Shown in pieces: positions 28,700 through 38,635 of a stretch of DNA of 64,000 bases (its first letter is position 1; every line of letters starts with the position of its first letter). A model generated the notes under the pieces. That model saw only the letters and a list, made by a program, of their open reading frames with translations, made no database searches and had not been told where the DNA came from. Position numbers and translations under genes: made by a program. The stretch comes from Salinispira sp. (GTDB lineage: Bacteria; Spirochaetota; Spirochaetia; DSM-27196; Salinispiraceae): NCBI GenBank assembly GCA_965602015.1, contig OZ271918.1, positions 1 to 64,000 on the forward strand. Direction: 5' to 3'.

Positions 28700-29950
28700 A
28701 TGGATATCAATACTAAACAAAAACTCGCGGAACTCGCCCTCAAGGTGGGTTTGGATTTTCAGAAAGACCAGTGCCTGCAGATCGGCACCGGCATAGGCAC
28801 CTACGACTATGCCCGTGAAATCGCCAAAAAAGCCTATGAAATGGGTGGGCGGCTGGTGCGCATTGTCGTCACCGACAACGAACTGACTAAAAGCCGTGCG
28901 GAACACAGCACGCCGGAGAACCTGGAGTATTTTCCCCGTGACAATATCGAAACCGGTCAGATGCAGCTCGACGAAAGCTGGGCGCGGATCCGCATCGACA
29001 GCACCGAAGAGCTCAATGTGCTCAAGGGCGTCGATTCAGACGCATTGAGCACCATGACCCGGGTCGCCCGCAGCAAACTGAAATTCGTATCGGATCAGCT
29101 CATGCGCCACAAGCATCCCTGGCTGGTCCTTGCGGCCCCGGGGCCCGAGTGGGCCAAGTCGGTGTACGGACTCGCCGACGACGCCCCCCAGTCCGACGTT
29201 GATGCGGCCCTGGAGAAACTGGAAATGGTATATGCCTCCATTCTTCGCCTCGATGCCGATGATCCGGTGGCGGTCTGGAAGGAGCACGGGCGAAACCTGG
29301 CGAACAGGGGCAAAACCCTCGATTCCCACAAGCTCGACCGGGTGCGCTTTGTTTCCGGAGAAACGGACCTTACCGTCGCCCTGGCCCCAACCCACACCTG
29401 GATCGGCGGACCAAGCCAGCTTCCCGACGGCCGATGGTACGAGCCAAACCTTCCCACTGAAGAAGTATTTACCACCCCGGACTACCGCCGCACTGAAGGT
29501 TTTGTCAAAATCGTAAAGCCCGTGAAGGTCATGGAAACCATGGTCGAAGGCGCCTGGTTCACGTTCGAGAAGGGCAAGGTAGTGGATTTCGGTGCTGACA
29601 AGGGAGCGGAGATCATGAAGAAATTCCTCGAGATGGATGAAGGCGCTTCATTCCTCGGCGAGGTAGCCCTGGTCGATGTGGATTCACCCATCAACCGAAG
29701 CGGGCTGGTTTTCGGTTCCATCCTCTTCGATGAAAATGCGTCCTGTCACATTGCCCTTGGTCAGGGTTATCCCTCGGCCCTATCTAATGCCGACGAGCTC
29801 ACAGACGCCGACAGCCTCAAGGCTGCGGGCTGCAACGTCAGCATGCTCCACACCGACTTTATGATAAGCGACGACAACACCGATGTGACGGGCTACGGTG
29901 CCGACGGCAGCGAACTGCCGATTATCCGCAAGGGCAAGTTCGTAATTTAA
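28700..29950 (+). CDS. Aminopeptidase, M29 family (AmpS/PepS/AmpT)
   Basis: NLPTEEVFTTP, GEVALV, LFDENASCHIALG, NVSMLHTDFMI. Confidence 0.92.
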   Translation: MDINTKQKLAELALKVGLDFQKDQCLQIGTGIGTYDYAREIAKKAYEMGGRLVRIVVTDNELTKSRAEHSTPENLEYFPRDNIETGQMQLDESWARIRIDSTEELNVLKGVDSDALSTMTRVARSKLKFVSDQLMRHKHPWLVLAAPGPEWAKSVYGLADDAPQSDVDAALEKLEMVYASILRLDADDPVAVWKEHGRNLANRGKTLDSHKLDRVRFVSGETDLTVALAPTHTWIGGPSQLPDGRWYEPNLPTEEVFTTPDYRRTEGFVKIVKPVKVMETMVEGAWFTFEKGKVVDFGADKGAEIMKKFLEMDEGASFLGEVALVDVDSPINRSGLVFGSILFDENASCHIALGQGYPSALSNADELTDADSLKAAGCNVSMLHTDFMISDDNTDVTGYGADGSELPIIRKGKFVI

Positions 29951-30128
29951 GCCGCCGTCTTTCCGGGACGCTGTCGACAGCGCGCTAGCGTGGTTAGCAG
30001 CGCGTTCCCCGGCCCGGCCTGGGCCCGGTCACGGTGCCGGTCGTCCGAGCATGTGGCGGCGCGAACGGTGGTGCACCGGCCGCCACAGAAACGAGCAGAG
30101 CGGTGCGGCAGGTGCCGCATTGAGCGAG

Positions 30129-30157
30129 GCGGCCGGATATCCGGCCGCTCTTTTTTT
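30129..30157. terminator. Perfect palindromic hairpin with T-tract between convergent genes
   Basis: GCGGCCGGAT-ATCCGGCCGC followed by TCTTTTTTT. Confidence 0.6.
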
Positions 30158-32249
30158 ATCCGAGCTGCTTGAGATACCAGGCTGCCGCCGGATCGCCCGG
30201 AGCCTTTTTCCTGCAGATTGCGAACAGTTCCCGGGCCTCGACTATCCGGCTCTCCCGGTAATAGTACACCGCCCGCTCGAAGTCCTTGCGGCAGCCCCGT
30301 TTCTGTTTCCAGATGTCCTGGGGATCGGCATTCATGACTTCTATGACGTCCACCGACTCCCCCCGGCCCTTCACCTTGAAGCTGCCGATGTTTCTCAGGT
30401 AGAAGCGTTCGGGGTTCATGGCATGTTCGAAGGCCTCGCCGCTGATGAGTATGCGGTTGCGAAACTGCCGGGTGAGATTCTGCAGACGTGAGCTGAGGTT
30501 TACGGCGTCGGAAATTACCGTTCCGTCCATGCGCTGAAATTCTCCGATGGTGCCGAGCATGCAGGAACCGGTGTGTATCCCTATTCCCATTGCCAGCTCA
30601 TTGAGGCCGCCCTCGTTCCGTTCCCGGTTTATATGATCGAGCTGTTGCTGCATTTCAATTGCCGCCTGTATCGCATTGGAAGAATTGCCGGAAAACAGCG
30701 CCATGATCCCGTCGCCCAGATATTTATCGACGAAGCCCTTGTTTTTTCTGATGATTGGCGCCATCCCCGCAAGGAAATCGTTAATAAGCCTGAAAACCTC
30801 ACCGGGTTCGCTGTTTTCCGCTATTGCGGTGAAGTCCTTGAGATCGGCGAACATCACGGTGAGAAATTCCTCGGAGTGATCACCCAGCTCCACCTCGGTT
30901 ATTTCGCTGCGGTGCAGGAACTTGAGGAATTCCCGGGGTACGAAGCGCTCCATGGCATTGTTGATGTTCTGCAGCTGACGGGATAGGCCTTCGGCCTGCA
31001 CCAGGGCGTGGGTGGTTCTCCTGCTCAGGTTCATGGAAAGAATAACGATAAACAGAACCATTCCCAGGCTGGTGAGGCTGGGAAACGGCAAAACCAGCAT
31101 GGTTTTGATGATGTCGAACACCGCCGTCGCCATAATCGCGAAGAAGCCCATAAAGAACGCGCCGGACAGGGGCTTGCGGCTGATCACCGCCCAGAGAACC
31201 ACGGCGAGAAGACCGAGGGCGATAATCAGGGCGAAAAGCTGAAATGGCACCAGGTATTCGGTGAAAACGGGGAGCGGGGCGAACACAATCAGTCCGCTGT
31301 AGAGAATAGAACCGACGGCGCTTATCCAGCTGAGGAGCCGGCCGAAATCGCTTTTGTAAGAATGATGGACGAAGAGCGTCACCGAAAGAAGAGGCACCGT
31401 GAAACTCAGGTAGTTTAGCCGCAGAACCGGCTCTATTAATATACCGGGCAATATTACAGTCAGCGGAAAGGTATCAACCACCATTGCCCGCAGACCGAGA
31501 AAGAGGGCCGCCATGGCGAACCAAAACGGCGCTTCCTCGCTGCTTCGGATAAAAAACATAAAGAGGTGGTACACCGCCATTATCAGCAGTATTCCGAGTA
31601 CGAAGAAATTCACCGTCAGGGTGGACTCGTAGTAGTTTCTAACTGCGGAGCTTGTCCCGAAAATCAGGTTGTCGACCAGGCCGCCGTTTATATTGTCGTA
31701 GTTCGAAATGTGAACGATGATTTCAACTTCCTGGCTCCAGGGAAGATCGCTGGTAACGCCGCTTCGCCATTCACCCTGGGCGAATTCTTCAGTTGATGCC
31801 GCTCTACCGGTGCGGGCCACCAGCTCGCCGTTCCAGTAAATCCGTGCTGCGCTCCCGATTTCCCTGAAGTGCAGAACGAATGGGCCGGTCCGCGGGGGGT
31901 CTTGCGGCAATAAAAGGGTCAGCCGGTAACTGGCGAACCCCCTGGGAGGGTTGGCTCCCCCGCCGTTCCAGTTGGAGCCGCTGGAAACATACCCGTCCGG
32001 GAGTCCTGAGTGTCCCGGCTGGACAAAGGCCTCCCAAAAAAACTCCCATTCACCCCGTAATTCCGCCATGGCTTGCCGGGTGAAAGAAAAATCCCTCAGG
32101 TCCAGCACTCCTTCCCGGGCTTCGGGCTTGAGAGCCTCAGGGATGAGCTCCGGGCTTTCGGCAAGCCCGGCTGCGAACAAGCCGGAGCTTATCAGTAGTA
32201 GTAAAATAACGAGTGCGTTGCGTCTTCCGCCGGCCGGCTTGCGTATCAT
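30156..32249 (-). CDS. Class III adenylate cyclase with 7TM-DISM-like sensor region
   Basis: Signal; LRGEWEFFW extracellular domain; 7 TM; MFADLKDFT, DKYLGDGIMALF, GIGIH, TVISDAVNLSSRLQ. Confidence 0.9.
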   Translation of the reverse strand: MIRKPAGGRRNALVILLLLISSGLFAAGLAESPELIPEALKPEAREGVLDLRDFSFTRQAMAELRGEWEFFWEAFVQPGHSGLPDGYVSSGSNWNGGGANPPRGFASYRLTLLLPQDPPRTGPFVLHFREIGSAARIYWNGELVARTGRAASTEEFAQGEWRSGVTSDLPWSQEVEIIVHISNYDNINGGLVDNLIFGTSSAVRNYYESTLTVNFFVLGILLIMAVYHLFMFFIRSSEEAPFWFAMAALFLGLRAMVVDTFPLTVILPGILIEPVLRLNYLSFTVPLLSVTLFVHHSYKSDFGRLLSWISAVGSILYSGLIVFAPLPVFTEYLVPFQLFALIIALGLLAVVLWAVISRKPLSGAFFMGFFAIMATAVFDIIKTMLVLPFPSLTSLGMVLFIVILSMNLSRRTTHALVQAEGLSRQLQNINNAMERFVPREFLKFLHRSEITEVELGDHSEEFLTVMFADLKDFTAIAENSEPGEVFRLINDFLAGMAPIIRKNKGFVDKYLGDGIMALFSGNSSNAIQAAIEMQQQLDHINRERNEGGLNELAMGIGIHTGSCMLGTIGEFQRMDGTVISDAVNLSSRLQNLTRQFRNRILISGEAFEHAMNPERFYLRNIGSFKVKGRGESVDVIEVMNADPQDIWKQKRGCRKDFERAVYYYRESRIVEARELFAICRKKAPGDPAAAWYLKQLG

Positions 32250-32317
32250 GGCATTCCTCGGTAAGGACTTACTTGTGTTTTCGGCGATAATTATATCATA
32301 ATAAGTGCGGGGGAGAA

Positions 32318-33784
32318 TTGCGGAAGAATAGCATTCAGCAACAGGTAAACGTCTCTCACTTCTTCCAAGTCAGCGAAGTCCTTTTTTATCTCACGAACCT
32401 CTTCGTTTTTGTCGGCCTGATAATATACACCGCGAAAGACATCGCAAATTTTTTCATACCCCTGGGGCTGGCGGATCTCATCGTGCTTTTTATTCAGCTT
32501 CTGCTGCTTTTTTTGGTCATTGCCGGGGTCGTCAGCAGGAATACCGCGATGGCCACCCTCCTCATCCTGTCGATTTTCCTCTTTCAGTTGTCGGCCTTTG
32601 TGAACAGCAGCGCCGGCGGAAACGTTTCGCTTCAGATCGCCATAACCACGTTTATTTCCCTGCTTTTCGCCTCCCTGGCGGCGTTTACCGTTAGCAAATA
32701 CATGGCGCTTGCGGTGGGTACCGTCAATCTCGTCTTTTTTATTACCATCACCCTGGTGTACCAGGACCGCAGGATGATGGATGATCTGGTGTTCTTTTCC
32801 ATAATCATCGTCGGGTATTCAGTTGCCATGTACTATTACCGGCACTCGCTGGAAAACCTCGCCGAAAGTCTGTACGCCTCCTATCAGACAGTCAAAAAGC
32901 AAAAGGTCGAGCTGGAAACCCTCAAGGAAAAGGCCGAACAGATCAACGAGGTAAACCGGCCGTTTGTCGTGTTTGGAAGGAACACCAGCGGTCTTGTACA
33001 CGACTTTAAAAATGAAATCGGACTGCTTGATTCAAGCAGGCAGCTGCTCAGAAAGAAAATAGACGGAGAGGTGCCTGTGAGCGCCGCCGATATCGATGAT
33101 TTGGACAGTCATATCCAGCGGCTCAGCGAGCGGGTGGATACTATAAAATTCGTGGTGACCGCAGGAAATTCCCGGGAAGCGGAAAACATTGCCGTGTCAA
33201 AACTGATAAATGCCGCCCTGTATCCATTCAGACTCACCAGCGAGCTCAAGGATCGCATCGTATTCGAGGAGCTGCTGGAGGGGGACGCGGTCATCACCGC
33301 CCCGCGTTACCGGCTTGTACAGATTCTTGAAAACCTCATTCGGAACTCTTGCGAGGCAATTGTCGATGATCAGGACGACCAGGCCGGTTCTGATGGACAT
33401 AAAGATAATGAGGCGCCGGGAAGCATCGAACAGCTGCTGGCCCAGCAAAGCCGCTACGGAAAGGTCAGGGTAGAGGGCAGGCGGATTGAGGGGGGCGTGC
33501 TGTTGGCAGTCGAAGACAACGGACCGGGAATCGGTTTCTGCCAGGAATGCCCCTCGGGCAACTGTATTGACTGCGCGCACTTTGAGATCGGTAAAACGAC
33601 CAAGCCCTACGGCAGCGGCATTGGAATGGTGTCGGTTTTGGAAGCCATCGATCAGCTCAGGGGCGGCATACGCATTACATCCTCTCCGGACCGGGGAACA
33701 CGGGTTGAAATACTTCTCCCGCCGAATCCCGATGAGGAGCTTTCGGAACACCTTGTGCAAAGCCTTGGCTTTGCCCGTCGTTGA
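32318..33784 (+). CDS. Membrane sensor histidine kinase with Cys-rich ATP-lid
   Basis: About 6 TM; H-box VHDFKN; N-box ENLIRNS; G1 EDNGPGI; CQECPSGNCIDC; G2 GSGIGM. Confidence 0.85.
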   Translation: MRKNSIQQQVNVSHFFQVSEVLFYLTNLFVFVGLIIYTAKDIANFFIPLGLADLIVLFIQLLLLFLVIAGVVSRNTAMATLLILSIFLFQLSAFVNSSAGGNVSLQIAITTFISLLFASLAAFTVSKYMALAVGTVNLVFFITITLVYQDRRMMDDLVFFSIIIVGYSVAMYYYRHSLENLAESLYASYQTVKKQKVELETLKEKAEQINEVNRPFVVFGRNTSGLVHDFKNEIGLLDSSRQLLRKKIDGEVPVSAADIDDLDSHIQRLSERVDTIKFVVTAGNSREAENIAVSKLINAALYPFRLTSELKDRIVFEELLEGDAVITAPRYRLVQILENLIRNSCEAIVDDQDDQAGSDGHKDNEAPGSIEQLLAQQSRYGKVRVEGRRIEGGVLLAVEDNGPGIGFCQECPSGNCIDCAHFEIGKTTKPYGSGIGMVSVLEAIDQLRGGIRITSSPDRGTRVEILLPPNPDEELSEHLVQSLGFARR

Positions 33785-33790
33785 TTCTTA

Positions 33791-33816
33791 TGGAGTGCCC
33801 CGAAAACAGCTGATTT
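33791..33816 (+). mobile_element. Solo IS/MITE-type terminal repeat
   Basis: TGGAGTGCCCCGAAAACAGCTGATTT matches the IS and MITE termini; no partner end immediately nearby. Confidence 0.7.
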
Positions 33817-33897
33817 CTGTAACTATGATTCCTGCCGCGAAGGTTCCTGCTGCTTATGGTTTGCCCGACCCACTTCACCAAAGGCGCCAGACCGGAC

Positions 33898-34311
33898 TTA
33901 TGCCCTGGTGTCTTTTATTACCCACAATGCGGCCAGAATGACTGCATCCTCAGTGAGAGGGGCGAACCAGTTTAGGAAGTCCGGCTCCATGAAATTCCCC
34001 AGGAAATGCGTCATAACGACGTAGGCAGCCCAAGCGCCGAAAATCACCAGCTTGACGATCATCATGGTGTTTTCGCGGATTGGAAGGAATACGTCGATGA
34101 GCAGCACCACGCCGATAATGAGCTGGGCTATGGCGACGATGAGGGCGAAGGTGCTGTTTCCCCCGCGGCCCACTATGGAGCTTATGGCTCTGCCGAGCTG
34201 ATTCGCCGGGTTATCGTAGTTCATGATCGAGATAAAACCGGTGATGATAAAAAACAGCGCAAGGGCGATTGTCAGTATCAAAAGATTCGTTCTGTGTGAT
34301 TTGCTGGACAT
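33898..34311 (-). CDS. Hypothetical four-TM membrane protein
   Basis: 137 aa hydrophobic ORF with GGAGG RBS. Confidence 0.7.
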   Translation of the reverse strand: MSSKSHRTNLLILTIALALFFIITGFISIMNYDNPANQLGRAISSIVGRGGNSTFALIVAIAQLIIGVVLLIDVFLPIRENTMMIVKLVIFGAWAAYVVMTHFLGNFMEPDFLNWFAPLTEDAVILAALWVIKDTRA

Positions 34312-34342
34312 TGAGCCTCCGTTTGAGTTGTGGATTATATAG

Positions 34343-34495
34343 TGTACTGCCCCGAAAACAGCTGATTTAAATCATTTTATCCGTTTGTGGAAAACAATTT
34401 ACCCCCGTCTCACTGCAAGCATCGCCCACCTTCACTTTAGTCGTTCTCATATAATGGTTTATTGCAGTAAAATCAGCTGTTTTCGGGGCAGTACC
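34343..34495. mobile_element. 153-bp MITE, copy 1
   Basis: 25-bp TIR GTACTGCCCCGAAAACAGCTGATTT; flanks ATTATATAG / ATTATATTG (8/9 match, likely TSD); second copy at 61024-61176. Confidence 0.88.
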
Positions 34496-34563
34496 ATTAT
34501 ATTGTAGCCAATCCCCGTCGGGACTACAAGAACGGCAGCGTTGTTAGTATATTCTCCACCACT

Positions 34564-35409
34564 ATGAAAAATGAATTTCCCCAGTCGCGGACGAATTTAC
34601 AGCGATTCATCGACCAGCAGGGTCGGTACCGCCTCCTTATTTTGGCCGGAGGAGCCCTCGGGCCAGCGCTTGCCGATGCTCATGGTTTGCGGGACGGTTT
34701 CAGAACCCTGTTTGTTCAGGCTGTGCATGCCGCGGCCCTGCAGTCTGCGGACCTCAAGCAAACCATGCGTCAGGTCCTGCAGATTAAATGGCCGGATGGT
34801 GGATTGTCGGTGGAAGCCGGCTGGCAGGGACATATCAGGGGCTACGCCAGGAATCCCGAAAAAATCGAGGAGCAATTTCAAAGCGATGAGGTCCTCGGGG
34901 GAACGATGGCACTTATACGCCTTATCGGTTCCCACCCGGGGTATACGGGCTACGGCAGCATTTTCGGGTTTAATCTGGCATCCGCCCTCCAGAGTCATTA
35001 TTCTACCTCGGAGCAACGGGAAAGCTATTTCCATTTTGCCGATGATTTTGCCGCCATGATTCAGCGTTTGCCGGATACCGGAGGTAATGCCGGTACGCAA
35101 AAGCATACGCCCGATGAAATACTCCTGCAAGAGCACTTCGAGGCGCTGGTTCCCCGGCTGAATGCCGTTCTCACTGCCGATGATAAGCTTCTCGCGTCGG
35201 ATTTTTCCCTTACCCGGCTCAGCAGCGAAGAGCGGCTTATCAGTTGCGGATGCAGCCGGGAAAAAATATCTGCCTATGTGCGCGGTCTGGAAAGAACAGA
35301 ATTACAATCCATGTATGAAGAGGGTCCGTGGCCGGTGGTGGTGAACTGCGACAACTGCGCCTCGTCCTATGAGTTCAGCCGGGATGAAATTCGGGACTTC
35401 CTGGAATAG
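34564..35409 (+). CDS. hslO: Hsp33 redox-regulated chaperone
   Basis: IRGY, Y..SEQ, MIQRLP, C-terminal CGCS...CDNC zinc motif. Confidence 0.8.
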   Translation: MKNEFPQSRTNLQRFIDQQGRYRLLILAGGALGPALADAHGLRDGFRTLFVQAVHAAALQSADLKQTMRQVLQIKWPDGGLSVEAGWQGHIRGYARNPEKIEEQFQSDEVLGGTMALIRLIGSHPGYTGYGSIFGFNLASALQSHYSTSEQRESYFHFADDFAAMIQRLPDTGGNAGTQKHTPDEILLQEHFEALVPRLNAVLTADDKLLASDFSLTRLSSEERLISCGCSREKISAYVRGLERTELQSMYEEGPWPVVVNCDNCASSYEFSRDEIRDFLE

Positions 35410-35537
35410 CAGGTTTAGGTCCATGCATGGTGCTCAAGTCTTTGCCGGCAAAGCGTGCCGGTGGGACTGCCGAAAAGCAGACACAATGAGTTCACGTGCC
35501 GCGTTTGGGAGGCGCTTATGGGATGATCAGTTGACGA

Positions 35538-36455
35538 TTATTGGGCGATGATGAGGCTTAGAATCTGGCCCGAGGTTGCTGCGGCGCTGAAGAGCAAAAA
35601 TATCGCGCTGATTCCGCCCATGGCAGGGCCTTTGTTTTTCTGAATCAGTCCCATCGCCAGCATTTTACGGTAGCGCTGCATTGCGGGAATCAGCAGTATC
35701 AGAGCCGGCAGCGATGCCAGGGGATGAAGCCCCCCCAGATTCTCCATAGCCAGGACGGCCAAGAGCAAAAATGCCGCGGCGATTAATACGCCGACTACCC
35801 CGGCCGAGGCAGTCCGCCCTATTACAATGCTCAGTGTCCGTCTTCCGGCAGCCTTGTCGGCTTCCAGGTCGCAGCTATTGTTTACCGTCAGTATGGAGGC
35901 GATTACCAACGCTGAAGGCAGGGACAGCAGCAGCCACAATCCCCAGCGGGGCGCGGCTTCTGACATAAGGATATACTGTACGACAATAAAGAGCACGCTG
36001 CCCAGAAAGCCCCCGGCAAACAGTTCGCCCAGGGGCGTATGGCTAATGGGCCGCTTTCCCCCGCTGTAGAGCATACCCACGACCAGGCTTGCCGCGCCGA
36101 GAAGCAATACCGGCCATCCTCTGGTAATGATGAAATATCCGCCAATGGCAGCGGCTCCGGCGAACAGGCCGAGCGCGCTGATCAGGGCAGCGCCTGCAGG
36201 AACCTTCTGATGCACCAGTACCTTTTCCTTCTCCCTGTTCAGGCTTTGGTGATCAACGCCTTTGACGAAGTCGAAAAAACTGTTGAAAGCTGTGGTGCCC
36301 ATATCGACCATCAAAACGGACGCAAAAAGCAGGATTGCCGCAATGTCCGGCTGCCCCCCCTGGAGATATACATACAATAAAGAAATGAGAAACGTGGAAA
36401 CCGAAACGATTTTTGTGCGGATCTCTACAATTGACAGAAACTGGGCAAAAGTCAT
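35538..36455 (-). CDS. menA: 1,4-dihydroxy-2-naphthoate polyprenyltransferase (UbiA family)
   Basis: NSFFDFVKGVD, YSGG..P....LGE, NNSCDLEADKAAGRRTL; ATG 36455 preferred over GTG 36500. Confidence 0.8.
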   Translation of the reverse strand: MTFAQFLSIVEIRTKIVSVSTFLISLLYVYLQGGQPDIAAILLFASVLMVDMGTTAFNSFFDFVKGVDHQSLNREKEKVLVHQKVPAGAALISALGLFAGAAAIGGYFIITRGWPVLLLGAASLVVGMLYSGGKRPISHTPLGELFAGGFLGSVLFIVVQYILMSEAAPRWGLWLLLSLPSALVIASILTVNNSCDLEADKAAGRRTLSIVIGRTASAGVVGVLIAAAFLLLAVLAMENLGGLHPLASLPALILLIPAMQRYRKMLAMGLIQKNKGPAMGGISAIFLLFSAAATSGQILSLIIAQ

Positions 36456-36670
36456 GGCGGAAAAATCAGTAATTTTTTTTTGCTTGTCAATATAATTCAC
36501 CGCTCTCCCCGTAGGAGCTATGTTGAACTTCGTTCAAGTATATTCCTACATTCCTGTAGGTCGATTACCTAATTCCAACATTTTTGACAGAAATACTTCT
36601 AATAATATTGCCCAGTTGTCAGAGCTGTGCTAATCTCAACGATGAGGCAACATTTCTGTAAGGAGGAAAT

Positions 36671-38485
36671 ATGAAAAAGCTTCTTGCTGCGCTTCTGGTA
36701 CTCGCAACGGTTTTCAGCCTTGTGCTGATGAGCTGTGGCGGCGGTGCCGAAGCTGCGACTACCGAAGAAACCGCTGAGGCGGTTGCTCCGGGACTTACTG
36801 TTATTAACCGCAACAGCGGTTGGGAAATCGGTCAGAAGGGCGGAGAACTTGTTCTCGGTCAGCTCGGTACCGGCCCCAAGTCTTTCAATGCTGTTCTGGC
36901 TGAAGAAACCAGCTCCACCGATATCACCAACCTCCTAGGCTCCGCCCTGGTAACCCGTGATCAGTTCACCCTCGAGTGGATTCCCAATCTCGCTACGAGC
37001 TGGGAGATTTCCGAAGACCAGAGAACCATCACTTACACTCTCCCCGACGATCTCCTGTGGTCCGACGGCGATGACCTGACTGCGTATGACTTCGAGTTTA
37101 CCGTTAACGAGCTTATCTATAACGAAGCGGTTCAGACTTCCACCCGTGACTCCCTCACCGTTGGCGGCGAGCTGTCCGAGTGGGTAGCCCTTGACGAAAC
37201 TACTCTTCAGATCACCGTGGCAAGCGTGTACGCCGGGCTGCTCAACATGAGCACCATTCAGGTTATGCCCATGCACGTCATTGAGCCCATCATCGAAGAA
37301 GAAGGTATTGACGGCTTCCTCAACCTCTGGGGTGTAGATGCCGATCCTACCACTATTCCCTCGGCGGGCGCCTGGGTAATCAGCGAATACCGCCCCAACG
37401 AGCGGATTTCCTTTGCTCCGAACCCCAACTACTGGAAGACCGATGAAGAAGGCACCCAGCTTCCCTATCTGGAAAGCATGACCTTTATCTTCACTCCCGA
37501 CACCGACACCCTGCTCCAGCAGTTCCTTGCAGGCACCGTAGATGTATACGGCGTGCGCGGTGAGGACTATGCTGTTCTCGTGGAAGAAAAAGAGAATCTC
37601 GGTTTCGAAATGTATGAAGTCGGCCCCGACACTGGTACCAACTTCATCACTTTCAACCAGAATCCCGATGAAGACGGTCCCGACGGCGAGGAAGACGCTG
37701 GTATCACCGAGCCCGAACTGACCTGGCTCAGCACTCTCGAATTCCGCCAGGCAATGGCTCACCTGATTGACCGCGAAACCTACATCAACAACATCGCATT
37801 CGGTTTCGGCTATCCCCAGTACTCCTTCATCCCCCGCTTTAGCCCCTATTACTGGGACGGCGTTGATGAAGCAGCTGCGAAATACGATCCCGTACGGGCC
37901 GCTGAAATCCTCGACGAACTCGGCTGGGTCGACAACGACGGCGACGGCTTCCGTGAAGACAGCGACGGCGTCAAAATCTCCCTGGACCTGACCACCAATG
38001 CGGGTAACCGGGTGCGGGAAGACATCGGTACTGCCTTCGCTCAGGACGCGGCAAATGTTGGTATCGAAATCAACTTCCGCCCCGTGGACTTCAACGAGCT
38101 GGTAACCCAGCTGGTGGCGACTTACGACTGGGAAATGATCCTCATCGGTCTGACCGGTTCTGTTGACCCCATCAGCGGTTCCAACGTGTATCCTTCCAGC
38201 GGTAACCTTCACATGATCGAGCCCAACCAGGAATCTCCCCGCCGCGAGTGGGAAGCCCGGGTTGATGCTGCCTGGATCCAGGCCAACGAGACCACTAATG
38301 AAGCTGACCGGGTTGCCGGTTTCGAAATCATTCAGCGCGAATGGGTAGAGAACCTTCCCTGGGTGTACACCTACAACCCGCTGATCCTGGCTGCATACGA
38401 CGCAGATTTCGGCAACGTATATCCCCAGCCCATCAACGGATACGGCGCAACCGGTATTTCCGACCGCCTGTTCCGCCGACAGTAA
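36671..38485 (+). CDS. Peptide/nickel ABC transporter substrate-binding lipoprotein (family 5)
   Basis: Lipobox LMSC; PKSFN, PNLATSWEISED, WSDG, NPNYW, FRQAMAHLIDR. Confidence 0.93.
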   Translation: MKKLLAALLVLATVFSLVLMSCGGGAEAATTEETAEAVAPGLTVINRNSGWEIGQKGGELVLGQLGTGPKSFNAVLAEETSSTDITNLLGSALVTRDQFTLEWIPNLATSWEISEDQRTITYTLPDDLLWSDGDDLTAYDFEFTVNELIYNEAVQTSTRDSLTVGGELSEWVALDETTLQITVASVYAGLLNMSTIQVMPMHVIEPIIEEEGIDGFLNLWGVDADPTTIPSAGAWVISEYRPNERISFAPNPNYWKTDEEGTQLPYLESMTFIFTPDTDTLLQQFLAGTVDVYGVRGEDYAVLVEEKENLGFEMYEVGPDTGTNFITFNQNPDEDGPDGEEDAGITEPELTWLSTLEFRQAMAHLIDRETYINNIAFGFGYPQYSFIPRFSPYYWDGVDEAAAKYDPVRAAEILDELGWVDNDGDGFREDSDGVKISLDLTTNAGNRVREDIGTAFAQDAANVGIEINFRPVDFNELVTQLVATYDWEMILIGLTGSVDPISGSNVYPSSGNLHMIEPNQESPRREWEARVDAAWIQANETTNEADRVAGFEIIQREWVENLPWVYTYNPLILAAYDADFGNVYPQPINGYGATGISDRLFRRQ

Positions 38486-38493
38486 TTATCAAT

Positions 38494-38578
38494 GTCCGGG
38501 CGGAGATCTGTCTCCGTCCTGACTCTGTTTAACGGACCGCGCCGGTCTGCTTCCCATCCGGGTTCTGCAGCCGGCGCG
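38494..38578 (+). other. Two intercistronic stem-loops after the SBP gene
   Basis: GTCCGGGCGGAGA...TCTCCGTCCTGAC and CGCGCCGG...CCGGCGCG inverted repeats. Confidence 0.45.
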
Positions 38579-38635
38579 ATCTATCTTTGATTGAGCGGAC
38601 AGCTCCATCCTTCCGTCCCTCAATAGAGGCTATTT

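Noticed and set aside
29951..30128. ncRNA in the GC-rich gap after the aminopeptidase
   Set aside because: Several short palindromes are present but no recognisable RNA family or second copy
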